Made by a program: the position numbers and the translations under genes. This document shows positions 9,476-19,358 of a stretch of 64,000 nucleotides of DNA, in pieces. This DNA is from Patescibacteria group bacterium (lineage in GTDB: Bacteria; Patescibacteriota; Patescibacteriia; UBA1558), in the NCBI GenBank assembly GCA_016784445.1, contig JADHUR010000001.1, positions 89,128 through 153,127 on the forward strand, written 5' to 3'. The stretch's first letter is position 1; every line of letters begins with the position of its first letter. The notes under the pieces are model-generated. The model ran no database searches. It was not told the origin of the DNA and saw only the letters and a list, made by a program, of their open reading frames with translations.

Positions 9476-9476
9476 A

Positions 9477-9632
9477 TTATTTAGTCTCTTTATGAGGTGT
9501 GTGCTTCTTACAATGAGTACAGAATTTCTTTAATTCTAGTCTATCTTTAATCACCTTCTTATTCTTGCGACTGTGATAGTTAACTCTCTTACATTCAGTA
9601 CACTCTAATTTTATCATGTTATCCTGTGACAT
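9477..9632 (-). CDS. rpmG: 50S ribosomal protein L33
   Basis: Not in the ORF track. The reverse complement translates to [51 protein letters not shown], which carries the L33 Cys4 zinc-ribbon signature; Met6 is an alternative start. Confidence 0.8.
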   Translation of the reverse strand: MSQDNMIKLECTECKRVNYHSRKNKKVIKDRLELKKFCTHCKKHTPHKETK

Positions 9633-9657
9633 ATCTTTATTATTCCTTAATTAAAAC

Positions 9658-9733
9658 TGGAGCCACCCGTCGGACTCGAACCGACGACCTGCGGTTTACA
9701 AAACCGATGCTCTACCAGCTGAGCTAGGGTGGC
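9658..9733 (-). tRNA. tRNA-Thr (anticodon UGU)
   Basis: The reverse complement reads GCCACCCTAGCTCAGCTGGTAGAGCATCGGTTTTGTAAACCGCAGGTCGTCGGTTCGAGTCCGACGGGTGGCTCCA. Anticodon loop is TTTGTAA, the variable arm is short and CCA is encoded. Confidence 0.85.
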
Positions 9734-9827
9734 TAAATTATGCCCCAATATAATAATATTTTATAGTATAAATGTCAATCCCTCCTACTGTAAATAGGAG
9801 GGATTTATGCATATATTCAATAAATAC

Positions 9828-10220
9828 CTATAAATTAGCTTCAGCTTTCCACAAACCATGTAAATTACAGTATTCTCTAGCAATTACATTACCTGTGAAA
9901 TCTAGCTCAAATTCAACTTCTGGAGTATCTCCTGGCTTCAAATACTTCTTATATATCTTATCCCCTGCAAATACCTCAATCCATTGAATATAGTGATCTT
10001 CTTCCATCGGATGTGCTACTTCACCAACTGTTACTTTAATACCGTTATCTGTTTTAGCTATAACGGGTACGTGTTTTTCTGTAGCTGCATCTTCTGTATT
10101 TTCTGCAAGTAAATTCATTGGTTTACCGCAGCAAACAAGTTCACCGCCACCAACATGATTTACTTCTACAATATTCCCACAAACAGGACATTTGTATACT
10201 TCACCAATTTCTTTAACCAT
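9828..10220 (-). CDS. dfx: desulfoferrodoxin (2Fe superoxide reductase)
   Basis: N-terminal desulforedoxin [10 protein letters not shown]...CCG plus a C-terminal neelaredoxin domain with H..H...C..H ligands ([11 protein letters not shown]). Confidence 0.85.
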   Translation of the reverse strand: MVKEIGEVYKCPVCGNIVEVNHVGGGELVCCGKPMNLLAENTEDAATEKHVPVIAKTDNGIKVTVGEVAHPMEEDHYIQWIEVFAGDKIYKKYLKPGDTPEVEFELDFTGNVIAREYCNLHGLWKAEANL

Positions 10221-10238
10221 AGGTTTAAAATTATTTGA

Positions 10239-10826
10239 TTATATCTTACCTACTAAATCTAATCCTGGCTTTAATGTATCTGAGCCTGGTTTCCAATTAG
10301 CAGGACATACTTGATCACCATGTTCTCTAACAAATGAAGCTGCCTGTAATTTTCTAAGCAGTTCTGCTGCGCTTCTACCAATGCCATCATTGTGTACTTC
10401 ATACACTTGAATAACACCATCAGGGTCAACAATAAAGCTTCCTCTCAATGATACACCTTCTTCAGGAATATAGGTACCCATAGCTCTACAAATCTTACCT
10501 GTTGGATCTGCTCCCATTGGATACTTAATTTTCTTTATAGCCTCAGAAGCATCTTGCCATGCTTTATGAACAATTGATGTATCAGTTGAAAAACTGATTA
10601 CTTCTGCTCCAGCTTTCTTAAATTCTTCATAATGATTAGCCATATCTTCAAGTTCTGTAGGACATACAAAAGTAAAATCCTTCGGATAGAAAAATAGCAC
10701 ATGCCATTTACCTTTTAATTTAGCTAAATCCATTTCTTTGATTTCATTTTCATGAAATGCTTCAAATTTAATTTCTGGTAATTTCTGACCAATCATAATT
10801 GGTCTCTCATTTAATTCATTTTCCAT
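10239..10826 (-). CDS. ahpC: 2-Cys peroxiredoxin (AhpC/Tsa family)
   Basis: FTFVCPTE peroxidatic Cys motif and a C-terminal resolving Cys in VCPANW. Confidence 0.85.
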   Translation of the reverse strand: MENELNERPIMIGQKLPEIKFEAFHENEIKEMDLAKLKGKWHVLFFYPKDFTFVCPTELEDMANHYEEFKKAGAEVISFSTDTSIVHKAWQDASEAIKKIKYPMGADPTGKICRAMGTYIPEEGVSLRGSFIVDPDGVIQVYEVHNDGIGRSAAELLRKLQAASFVREHGDQVCPANWKPGSDTLKPGLDLVGKI

Positions 10827-10847
10827 AATTTCTTTATTTTATTCTTA

Positions 10848-11021
10848 TTAATTATATGGTACAAAATCACTCTTTTTAACTTTGCATGTAGGACAAACCC
10901 AATCATCTGGAATATCTGAAAATCTAGTTCCAGGTTTTATTCCACTATCTGGATCACCTTTTTCTTGGTCATAAATATATCCACAAACTTTACATATATA
11001 TTTTGTTGTTGTACTTGCCAT
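10848..11021 (-). CDS. rubredoxin
   Basis: Not in the ORF track. The reverse complement translates to [57 protein letters not shown]. It carries CxxCG...CPxCG rubredoxin motifs and its start abuts the Fur-family gene's stop. Confidence 0.85.
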   Translation of the reverse strand: MASTTTKYICKVCGYIYDQEKGDPDSGIKPGTRFSDIPDDWVCPTCKVKKSDFVPYN

Positions 11022-11426
11022 TTATTTCTTATTTAATTTTAAACACTTATTACAAATACCAAAGTAGTAATTAATATTTGATTTAATCTTTCCTAGCTCA
11101 CATTTAGATTTATTACTAGCTTTAGATTTTAAATCTAAGATTGTATTACAAGACTCACAGATAAAATGATCATGACCATGTATATGTGCGTCATAATGGC
11201 TTTTCTTATCTTTAGAAGATATTTCAAGTATATATCCATGAGAATGTAAATAATCTAGATTACGATATACAGTACCTAAACTAATATTTGGTACTTCTTT
11301 TTTAACATTTTTGTATATTACTTCTGCAGTAGGATGAGAGTACACTGATTCAAGATAATCCAGAATGGCTTGCCTTTGTTTAGTAAGTCTATCCCCTGTT
11401 TTGTTAATTTTAGTCTTTATATCCAT
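11022..11426 (-). CDS. Fur-family metalloregulator (PerR-like by context)
   Basis: Fur-type winged helix (GTVYRNLDYLHSHGYILEI) with HxHDH and CxxC...CxxC metal sites. It heads a rubredoxin/peroxiredoxin/desulfoferrodoxin operon. Confidence 0.75.
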   Translation of the reverse strand: MDIKTKINKTGDRLTKQRQAILDYLESVYSHPTAEVIYKNVKKEVPNISLGTVYRNLDYLHSHGYILEISSKDKKSHYDAHIHGHDHFICESCNTILDLKSKASNKSKCELGKIKSNINYYFGICNKCLKLNKK

Positions 11427-11631
11427 ATTCTTATTAGGAATGATTACTATTAGTATATACTATATCTAATATATGTCAACTTAGTTATTAACAGCAGATA
11501 TATTGTAATATAATAACTATAATAAAGTCCTATTAACGACAGAACTTGCCAAAAGATATAATATATACTACTATTCATTATCAACTAACGTACATTAGAA
11601 AATAGGATATTTAACTTATAAAGGAGTAAAA

Positions 11632-11883
11632 ATGTCTAATTTATCATATAATCAAAAAGACGCCGTAAATACATCTGGTGGAGTAGCCTGGCTCATAGGC
11701 TTTCTGGTGACATTTTTTATTGCCAAGCCAGACGGAAATTCGTTTGAAGGTACAATGACATTTATGTTTGCAGGCCTAGTAGGAGCAATAATGGCCATAG
11801 TTGTTATGACTATTGCCACACTCTTTATTTCATATCGAAATACCCAAACTAAAAAACTCCTAAAAAGCCTACTGGAAAATTAG
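11632..11883 (+). CDS. small two-TM membrane protein
   Basis: Strong SD (AAAGGAG) 7 nt upstream of the ATG; two hydrophobic helices. Confidence 0.45.
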   Translation: MSNLSYNQKDAVNTSGGVAWLIGFLVTFFIAKPDGNSFEGTMTFMFAGLVGAIMAIVVMTIATLFISYRNTQTKKLLKSLLEN

Positions 11884-11932
11884 TAGTCAAATGAAATTTG
11901 GCCTACCCACAAAACATCGTGGATAGGCTTTT

Positions 11933-12793
11933 TTATTTCTGACAATTAGGACAATAATGTGTTCCTCTGCCAGCGTGTCTAATTTTTTTTATAACTCCTT
12001 TACTACAAGATGTGCAATGACTCCCCTGCTTACCGAACACTTTCAAATGACCAACATATGATCCGCTATGACCATCTGCATCTACATAATCTGAAAAGGT
12101 AGTTCCTCTTTTTTTAATAGCATTATTTATTACAGTTGTGGAATATTTCCATAGCTTCTTTTTTTCATCATTAGTTAGGGTATTAATCCTTCGCATTGGC
12201 CTTACAGAAGACAAATGACAAATCTCATCTGCATAAATATTTCCAATACCAGCAATTACCTTTTGATTAAGAAGCAATGCTTTAATACTAGTCTTTCTAT
12301 TCTTTAGAACATTATTGAAATTATCTAGGGTGAAGTTTTTAAGACCCGGTTCAATTCCATAGTTATCTATTACTAAATCCAGTTCTTCTTTATCTACAAT
12401 CTGCATGTATCCAAATTGTCTTATATCGTTAAAAAATAGTTGAGACTTATCTGAGAATATAAATATTATATGTGAGAATCTACTTGGCAATCCTTGTTCA
12501 GGTCTTGGCAGTCCATGACCACCTGCAATAATATTATCTTTTTGTTGGTAAATAAGCTGACCGGTCATTTTAAGATGAATAAGTAAATAATTACCTGTAC
12601 TTAAATTAATAATTATTAGCTTCCCTCGTCTGTCTATACTGATTATCTTATTACCAACTAATTTCTTTTTAAAACCAGTAACAGATTGTTTAATAAGGTT
12701 TTTCTTCTTAACACTAATACTTACTATTTTCTTATTAATAATCTTTTTTCTAAGGTCTCTGCAAATTGTTTCTACTTCAGGAAGTTCCGGCAT
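11933..12793 (-). CDS. mutM: formamidopyrimidine-DNA glycosylase (Fpg/MutM)
   Basis: The invariant N-terminus MPELPEVET (Met6 of the listed ORF 11933..12808) is taken as the start. Carries a C-terminal zinc finger CxxC...CPNCQ. Confidence 0.8.
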   Translation of the reverse strand: MPELPEVETICRDLRKKIINKKIVSISVKKKNLIKQSVTGFKKKLVGNKIISIDRRGKLIIINLSTGNYLLIHLKMTGQLIYQQKDNIIAGGHGLPRPEQGLPSRFSHIIFIFSDKSQLFFNDIRQFGYMQIVDKEELDLVIDNYGIEPGLKNFTLDNFNNVLKNRKTSIKALLLNQKVIAGIGNIYADEICHLSSVRPMRRINTLTNDEKKKLWKYSTTVINNAIKKRGTTFSDYVDADGHSGSYVGHLKVFGKQGSHCTSCSKGVIKKIRHAGRGTHYCPNCQK

Positions 12794-13490
12794 TTTTATA
12801 TCCAGCAAAAGCTTCTAATCTAATTTGACTCCTTGGCACTTGGGACTCCTCTAATATAGCTGTCATATCTTGTACGAAAGAACTTGTACCAACAATATAG
12901 TAAGTATGGGCTGAAAGTTGTGGTAAATATTTAAGTAGCATTGCTTTGTTAATTCTCCCTGTTTCACCGAGCCACACTTCTTTATCTACATCTGTTAAAG
13001 TAAATACAGTACGGAAGTTTTGTAATCCCATACTCTTAAAATCTACTAATTCAATAGCATCTGTTTCTTTATGATTAGAAAAGAATAATGTAAAGAATTT
13101 TCTAGACTTCTCTTTAGCTGCTTGTTTTAATATGCTTCTAAAAGGAGTTACACCAATACCACCGGCAAGGAATACAACAGATTCTGCATTATCTCCTAAA
13201 ACTAAATTTCCCATCGCATTGCTCATATATGCTTCTTCTCCTGGTTTTAATTTAACAGCAGCTTGTTTAAAGTCTGAATCAGTAAGTCTCATAATAAATT
13301 CGATGACTGGTTCAAAAGGAGCCGATGCTATTGTAAGTGGTTGAGATAAGGTTTTATCTCCACTTTTAAGACCGAGTGTAACAAATTGACCAGCTATAAA
13401 ATTAAAATTTGTTGGCTTTTCAAAGACAAGCTTTATAGTGCCTTCTGCTACTAGCTCATTACTTTTTAGGTATATTTTATTATTAAACAT
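12777..13490 (-). CDS. FNR-like FAD/NAD(P)-binding oxidoreductase (ferredoxin/flavodoxin-reductase type)
   Basis: FAD-binding beta-barrel followed by a GGIGVTPF NAD(P)-binding motif. It could be the electron donor for rubredoxin/desulfoferrodoxin; that role is inference. Confidence 0.6.
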   Translation of the reverse strand: MFNNKIYLKSNELVAEGTIKLVFEKPTNFNFIAGQFVTLGLKSGDKTLSQPLTIASAPFEPVIEFIMRLTDSDFKQAAVKLKPGEEAYMSNAMGNLVLGDNAESVVFLAGGIGVTPFRSILKQAAKEKSRKFFTLFFSNHKETDAIELVDFKSMGLQNFRTVFTLTDVDKEVWLGETGRINKAMLLKYLPQLSAHTYYIVGTSSFVQDMTAILEESQVPRSQIRLEAFAGYKNAGTS

Positions 13491-13511
13491 ATTGCTTTAT
13501 ATATTAATTAT

Positions 13512-14294
13512 TTGTATGATGTATATGAAATTATTAAACAAAATCTTATGATTTGGATATATACATTAGTTAGTATTGCCATTGTTAGTCTAATTTCGCT
13601 GATTGGTATTATAACACTGTTTGCTAGTGATAAGAAATTATGTAATATGATTTCCTCAATGGTAAGTCTAGCAACTGGCGCCCTGTTTGGTGGTGCATTC
13701 ATACATATGATACCAACTGCTTTTGCTAGTTCAAATAGCTCAACATATATCTCTCTTAGTATACTTATTGGTATTGCCCTATTCTTTGCTTTAGAAAAGT
13801 TTCTTCACTGGCATCATGAACATCACCATCATCATAAGGAAGATCATATTAAACCATTTGGTTATTTAAATCTAGTATCTGATGGACTACACAATTTAAT
13901 TGATGGTATTATTATTGCTGCAGCTTATATGATAAATATTGAAGTAGGTATTGCAACTACCATTGCGGTAATATTACATGAAATACCTCAAGAGATTGGA
14001 GATTTTGGTTTACTTCTTCATGCAGGTTTTTCTAAGATAAAAGCATTACTTCTTAATCTTATGACAGCTTCCTTATCTTTTGTAGGTGCCATACTAGTAC
14101 TTGTTATTGGGAATAGCTTTGAAAATATTACAACTTATGCCCTAGCGCTAGCTGCTGGAGGGTTTGTCTACATTGCGGGATCAGATCTTATTCCTGAATT
14201 ACAAAAAACTACTAACACCAAACAATCTATTAAACAATTTCTTATTGTAGGACTTGGTGTAGCTCTAATGTTTCTATTAGTATTGTTTGAATAA
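13512..14294 (+). CDS. zupT: ZIP-family zinc transporter (ZupT-like)
   Basis: His-rich loop HWHHEHHHHHKEDH plus the ZIP signature HNLIDGIIIAAA / HEIPQEIGDFGLL. Confidence 0.8.
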   Translation: MYDVYEIIKQNLMIWIYTLVSIAIVSLISLIGIITLFASDKKLCNMISSMVSLATGALFGGAFIHMIPTAFASSNSSTYISLSILIGIALFFALEKFLHWHHEHHHHHKEDHIKPFGYLNLVSDGLHNLIDGIIIAAAYMINIEVGIATTIAVILHEIPQEIGDFGLLLHAGFSKIKALLLNLMTASLSFVGAILVLVIGNSFENITTYALALAAGGFVYIAGSDLIPELQKTTNTKQSIKQFLIVGLGVALMFLLVLFE

Positions 14295-14355
14295 TTGAAT
14301 TTTATTGTAATAAAAAACCCTAACAATTGTTAGGGTTTTCTTTTGTTTGATTTAA

Positions 14356-15093
14356 TCAATTAAGAGTGAATGCATCCTGCATCTCCTCAATCTCATCAAC
14401 CAAATAGGTTCGTTTAGGTAAAAAACGTTTAGCGATGTTCAGGGCATCTCTGAAATGATTATTATCTATATTCAGTATAATAATCTCTTCAACAATGTCC
14501 TCTGGTGTTTTAATACTCAAATTAGCAGCCTTGTCATAATGTCTATCCCAAAGAAGTTTTCGAAAATAAGCTCTGGCATACTCAGACATATCAAGATCAT
14601 ATTCAAGAGCAATTTGCATTTTCCTTTTAGATGCTAAACTTTCGTCTGATAAAACATGGCCCACTACTTCACTAATATCTTCATTCGACATAGTCCATTC
14701 ATACTCAAACCTAATAGAATCATTACGTGAAGACCGAAGAAGAGACTTATAAATGAGTCTTTCAATTTTTTTCACAATAATAGGATCAGAAACATATTTT
14801 TTTACCCACTTCAATTCAGAAATAGAGATGACTTCCCTTCTTCCGTCATATGTAGCCCAAAAAATACCAAATGATTCCCATATCGACCTGTTAGTAACCT
14901 GGTCAAGAGCTGTAGGAAAAATGCTAGAAATTTTATCCAGCAAATCATTCTTCCTCTGAGAGTAACTGTTGTAATTTTCAATTACATACAGAAAAGCTTC
15001 TCTTACCAGATCGACATGTCGCCAGCCCTGATCATCTTTTTTAAATGCCACCATCAACTTAACTACCGTGTTACTTGTCTCACTTATCAGCAT
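14356..15093 (-). CDS. hypothetical protein
   Basis: 245-aa ORF with no recognisable motif, immediately downstream of the tRNA-Tyr/Thr pair. Confidence 0.4.
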   Translation of the reverse strand: MLISETSNTVVKLMVAFKKDDQGWRHVDLVREAFLYVIENYNSYSQRKNDLLDKISSIFPTALDQVTNRSIWESFGIFWATYDGRREVISISELKWVKKYVSDPIIVKKIERLIYKSLLRSSRNDSIRFEYEWTMSNEDISEVVGHVLSDESLASKRKMQIALEYDLDMSEYARAYFRKLLWDRHYDKAANLSIKTPEDIVEEIIILNIDNNHFRDALNIAKRFLPKRTYLVDEIEEMQDAFTLN

Positions 15094-15215
15094 TATGTTC
15101 TCCTTTCGATTTGAGTCCGTCGACTTTTTTTGTTCGCTGATTTACATTACCTATCCTTACTTTTAAATAACAATGAATAATCTATATTAGAATTAAATAG
15201 CATAAATGTCAAGTA

Positions 15216-15250
15216 TATAAAAACACCTAACTAAGTGTTAGGTGTTTTTA
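15216..15250 (-). terminator. intrinsic terminator for the tRNA-Thr/tRNA-Tyr transcript
   Basis: Perfect hairpin aaacacctaac-taagt-gttaggtgttt with flanking A/T runs, 2 nt after the tRNA-Tyr 3' end. Confidence 0.6.
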
Positions 15251-15251
15251 A

Positions 15252-15337
15252 TGGTGGGCCGGGTAGGACTCGAACCTACGAAGGCGAAAGCCAGCAGATT
15301 TACAGTCTGCCCCGTTTGACCACTTCGGTACCGACCC
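15252..15337 (-). tRNA. tRNA-Tyr (anticodon GUA)
   Basis: Reverse complement begins GGGTCGGTACCGAAGTGGTCAAACGGGGCAGACTGTAAATCTGC and ends GGTTCGAGTCCTACCCGGCCCACCA. It has the long class-II variable arm. Confidence 0.85.
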
Positions 15338-15358
15338 ATACATATTTATAACTAATTG

Positions 15359-15433
<75 letters not shown>

Positions 15434-15439
15434 ATCTTA

Positions 15440-16318
15440 TTATAACTCATCTACTAATTCTTTGTATTCTTCCAATTTCCGATTATCTGGATTAGTAGCA
15501 ACCAATGCCTGCCAAGTCTCATTAGCTAATTTTTTATCTTGAACCATTATACTGATTTGTAGTAAAAAGTCAAGATATTTAGGATTATTAGGTTCAATTT
15601 GCAAAGCCTTCTGTGTCATTTCTAATGCTTTTTCCATTTCTTCCTGCTCATTGTATAACTTTGCTAAGTTTATATACACGTCCCCCGTTGTATCATCTGA
15701 CTTTAATGCAGATAAATAATTATCTTCAGCTTCCTTTAAATTACCCCTCTCTTCTGCAATAGCTCCAAGATTAGAATATATTTGTCCATCTTCAACTATT
15801 TTTAATAGATAATTATATAGTTCGATAGCATGCTCATAATCTTTCTGATCCCAATAGATCTTAGCTAATTTCATATATGCTTCTTTATTCTTTGGGTCTA
15901 GCTTTAATATATCTATATATCTAGCCTCTGCTTCTTTAATATCATTAGCAGATACCATTTCCTGTGCTTCTGTTTGTAATTTAGAAATCTTCTGTTCTTT
16001 ATCTACTTCCTCTTTAAAATCTGCATGTAATAGTTTATGTCTATATTCTTCTTCTTTTTTCTTAAAAGAATTTACTAAATTATCCAGTAGTGAAACAATT
16101 TTATCCCATACTGGCTTCATTGTAGATAAAACAATTCTAAAGCCACCAATAAATTGCCTTTTAAGTCTTTGCTCAAGTAAGGCCTTCTTTAAATCTTCTT
16201 GTTTATCGTCAACTGAAGAACTCGTCTCAACAAGTGTTAATTGGGGGAATTTACCAATAAGAATATATGCAATAATTAGAGCAGAAACTAAAATTATAAT
16301 TAATAGAAATATATACAT
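15440..16318 (-). CDS. TPR-repeat protein with N-terminal TM anchor
   Basis: N-terminal hydrophobic helix, a coiled-coil region and 4-5 TPR-like repeats (AYMKLAKIYWDQKDYEHAIELY...). Confidence 0.6.
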   Translation of the reverse strand: MYIFLLIIILVSALIIAYILIGKFPQLTLVETSSSVDDKQEDLKKALLEQRLKRQFIGGFRIVLSTMKPVWDKIVSLLDNLVNSFKKKEEEYRHKLLHADFKEEVDKEQKISKLQTEAQEMVSANDIKEAEARYIDILKLDPKNKEAYMKLAKIYWDQKDYEHAIELYNYLLKIVEDGQIYSNLGAIAEERGNLKEAEDNYLSALKSDDTTGDVYINLAKLYNEQEEMEKALEMTQKALQIEPNNPKYLDFLLQISIMVQDKKLANETWQALVATNPDNRKLEEYKELVDEL

Positions 16319-16319
16319 A

Positions 16320-17183
16320 TTATGCTTTATTATTTGATCCTAAATGCTTAATCTTTCTAATAACTACTTCCGAAACAGCTTCAATACTTGGCCCAAGAAT
16401 TTTTCTTGGATCAACATAATCTGTTTCCTTATTAACTGTTTCTTTAAGCTTTTCAGTAAATGCAACTCTTAATGAAGTATCTATATTTACAATCTGAATA
16501 CCATGCTCAATAGCCTTTGTTAATTCATTATCAGGTATACCAGATGCTCCATGAAGTACCAATGGTACAGAAATAGCTTTACGTATTTCATCAAGTCTAT
16601 CGAAATATATTTTTTCTTTACCCTTAAATCTTCCATGATAAGTTCCAACAGATATTGCTAATGTATCTACACCTGTTTTTTCAACAAACTCTACTGCTTG
16701 CTGAGGATCTGTTAAAAATTCTTCCAATTTTTCAAAGTTACCATTTACTAATCCTTCTTTACCAAAGATTCTACCAAGCTCACCTTGTGCCCATACTCCA
16801 TGCTTATGTGCATAATCTACAGACTCCTTAGTAATCTTAACATTTTCATCGAAAGGCAGATCTGAAGCATCTATATGAATAGATGAGAATCCTGCATTGA
16901 TACATTCAGAGACAGATTTAAATGAATGACCATGATCTAAATGGAGAGCCACTGGAATATCAGCTGCTTCATTCTTAGCAATAGTTTGTACAATATGTGT
17001 AATTGGCTTAAGACCTGCATATTCAATTGTTTTTTCACTAACTTGAATAATTATGGGAGCTCTTACCTTAACAGCTGCTCTTGTGACACCTAATGTTGTT
17101 TCAAGATTGGCTACATTAAAAGCACCTATACCATAATTACCTTCTTTAGCTTTTGCTACAATTTCCTTTATATGAACTAACAT
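16320..17183 (-). CDS. fba: class II fructose-bisphosphate aldolase
   Basis: GAFNVANLE, LHLDHG and HGASG motifs of class II FBA/tagatose-bisphosphate aldolase. Confidence 0.85.
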   Translation of the reverse strand: MLVHIKEIVAKAKEGNYGIGAFNVANLETTLGVTRAAVKVRAPIIIQVSEKTIEYAGLKPITHIVQTIAKNEAADIPVALHLDHGHSFKSVSECINAGFSSIHIDASDLPFDENVKITKESVDYAHKHGVWAQGELGRIFGKEGLVNGNFEKLEEFLTDPQQAVEFVEKTGVDTLAISVGTYHGRFKGKEKIYFDRLDEIRKAISVPLVLHGASGIPDNELTKAIEHGIQIVNIDTSLRVAFTEKLKETVNKETDYVDPRKILGPSIEAVSEVVIRKIKHLGSNNKA

Positions 17184-17186
17184 ATT

Positions 17187-17951
17187 TTATTTATAATTTA
17201 TTATTGGTTTAAATTTTTCAATATCTATTGAGGCTCCTCCTACCAATACTCCATCGATAGATGGTTTACTTAAAAAGCTCTTAACATTCATACCATTTAC
17301 ACTACCACCATACAGTACAAATATATTATCTGCAACGACTCCAGCTGGCATAAATTCTAGCAATGATCTTTTAATAGCTGCTTGGGTTATTTCTGCTTCA
17401 TCTGGATCTACTGCTTGACCTGACCCTATTACCCAAACAGGCTCATAAGCAATTAATAAACTATCTCCTTTTTTTAGCCATATATCTTTGAGTCCATTTA
17501 ATACTTGATCAAATAATACAGATTCCTTTTGACCAGCTTGTCTTTCTGTAAATGTTTCACCAATACATAATATTGGTATAAGACCAGCTTTTAAAGCCGC
17601 TTTAATTTTCAAATTAATACTCTCATTACTTTCATTTAAAAGCTTTCTTCTCTCTGAGTGTCCAATGATAACATACTTACAACCATATTCCTTTAAAGTA
17701 TTAGCACTAATACTACTAGTATATGACCCTTTCTCCTCCCAGAAAACATCCTGAGAGCCCAAAAACACGCCTGTAGGCTGTAATATTTTAGCAATTGCAG
17801 CTATTTCCGTAAAGCTTGGACAAATGACCAATTCGAGGTCTTTTTTACCTTTAAGAGATTTATACTCTTTAGCAATATTCTTAGCCTGAAGTATAGCCTC
17901 TTTAGGCATTAAATTCATTTTCCAGTTTGCAATAATATATGTTTTACTCAT
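17187..17951 (-). CDS. tpiA: triosephosphate isomerase
   Basis: IIANWKMN, GHSERR and AYEPVWVIGSG motifs. Confidence 0.85.
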   Translation of the reverse strand: MSKTYIIANWKMNLMPKEAILQAKNIAKEYKSLKGKKDLELVICPSFTEIAAIAKILQPTGVFLGSQDVFWEEKGSYTSSISANTLKEYGCKYVIIGHSERRKLLNESNESINLKIKAALKAGLIPILCIGETFTERQAGQKESVLFDQVLNGLKDIWLKKGDSLLIAYEPVWVIGSGQAVDPDEAEITQAAIKRSLLEFMPAGVVADNIFVLYGGSVNGMNVKSFLSKPSIDGVLVGGASIDIEKFKPIINYK

Positions 17952-17955
17952 AGTA

Positions 17956-18426
17956 TTAAAAACTTAAGATAAATCCTTTAGATAATAGTGTCATAATAAT
18001 AGCGGCAATAATTGCACCGCCTGAAATAATAAGTAATGATTGTTTTTTAGGTAATCCAAATAACCAAGCAGCAATTGATCCCGTCCAAACACCTGTGCCT
18101 GGTAATGGAATAGCTACAAATAATAATAGAGCAAAATAGCCATATTTCAATACTCTATCTTGAGTTTTATGTCTTGTTCTATTTATTACCCAATTATATG
18201 TTTTAGAAACAAAATTCATTCTATCCTCAATAATCTTATCTATATAAGATAATCCCCAGAGTAATAATATTGCGGGAATAATATTTCCGATAATGGCAAC
18301 AATTACTAAAGCTACCCACTGATCACCGTATGTTAATATTATCCAAGGTACTGTTGCTCTAAGTTCTGTTACTGGCAACATTGATAGAAAAAAAGATAAT
18401 AGATATGGTTTTAAAATTAACATCAT
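17956..18426 (-). CDS. small multi-TM membrane protein (COG2426-like)
   Basis: 4 predicted TM helices; no catalytic motif. Confidence 0.35.
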   Translation of the reverse strand: MMLILKPYLLSFFLSMLPVTELRATVPWIILTYGDQWVALVIVAIIGNIIPAILLLWGLSYIDKIIEDRMNFVSKTYNWVINRTRHKTQDRVLKYGYFALLLFVAIPLPGTGVWTGSIAAWLFGLPKKQSLLIISGGAIIAAIIMTLLSKGFILSF

Positions 18427-19358
18427 TATTTATTAATATTAATATCTGGCCAGATATAATTATCCTGTACCCATTGAATTAAAGATTTGCCCTCTTGAAA
18501 ACGAATATATCTATCTTCTGAACCAAGTATGATTGTTAAAATCTCTTGACCCCTATCTCCTTTACTGATTGTTAATAGACAACCGCCCGCTTCATCTGAA
18601 AAGCCAGTTTTTCCTGCAATAATATTTAAATATGTTTCCAGTAATGAATTTGTTGATTCAACTCTATTATATCTTCCATTATTAATTATCTGATAACTTA
18701 TATCTTTAGTACCCGCTATATTTAATATATTTTTATCTACAAATAATTCTTCTGCAAGTAATACTAAATCTTTTACGGTAGATTTATTACCACTATCGAG
18801 TCCAGTTGGATCAGTAAAAACAGAATCTATCATACCAAGCTCCATGGCTTTTTCATTCATCTTTATAATAAAACTCTCTAAAGAAAGTCTGGTTGATCTA
18901 GCAAGGGTAATAGCTGCTGTATTATCTGATGCAATAAGTACTGACTTTAATAAATCACCTGTTAAAACTTTTTCTCCTTTAAACAAATAGAATCTACCAC
19001 CCTCTCTATAATCTGATTCTAAAATTGTAATTTCTTCCTCAAGTCCTGGTCCAAAATCCTGCCAAACAAGTACTGTCATAAGTTTTGTTAAACTAGCAAT
19101 AGATTGCTTATTGTCTATATTTTTTTGCCATAATATAGCTCCTGAATTTCTATCTAGGGCAATTGCAGATTTTGCAGTAATATCTACTCCTAGTGAATCA
19201 TTTAAAACTTTTCTAGGCATATTATCTGCACCCTGTTGAACCAAATAATCAATTCTATTAATATCTGACTGATAATCTAAAGTACTAAACCAAGCTGTTG
19301 GCATAACAGATAATTGTCCAATAACTATTAAATTAAGTAAAAATTCCCAGAATACCAT
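18426..19358 (-). CDS. D-alanyl-D-alanine carboxypeptidase (S11 serine peptidase, PBP5/6-like)
   Basis: SxxK (ASLTK), SxN (SDN) and KTG (KTGFSD) motifs. Confidence 0.7.
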   Translation of the reverse strand: MVFWEFLLNLIVIGQLSVMPTAWFSTLDYQSDINRIDYLVQQGADNMPRKVLNDSLGVDITAKSAIALDRNSGAILWQKNIDNKQSIASLTKLMTVLVWQDFGPGLEEEITILESDYREGGRFYLFKGEKVLTGDLLKSVLIASDNTAAITLARSTRLSLESFIIKMNEKAMELGMIDSVFTDPTGLDSGNKSTVKDLVLLAEELFVDKNILNIAGTKDISYQIINNGRYNRVESTNSLLETYLNIIAGKTGFSDEAGGCLLTISKGDRGQEILTIILGSEDRYIRFQEGKSLIQWVQDNYIWPDININK

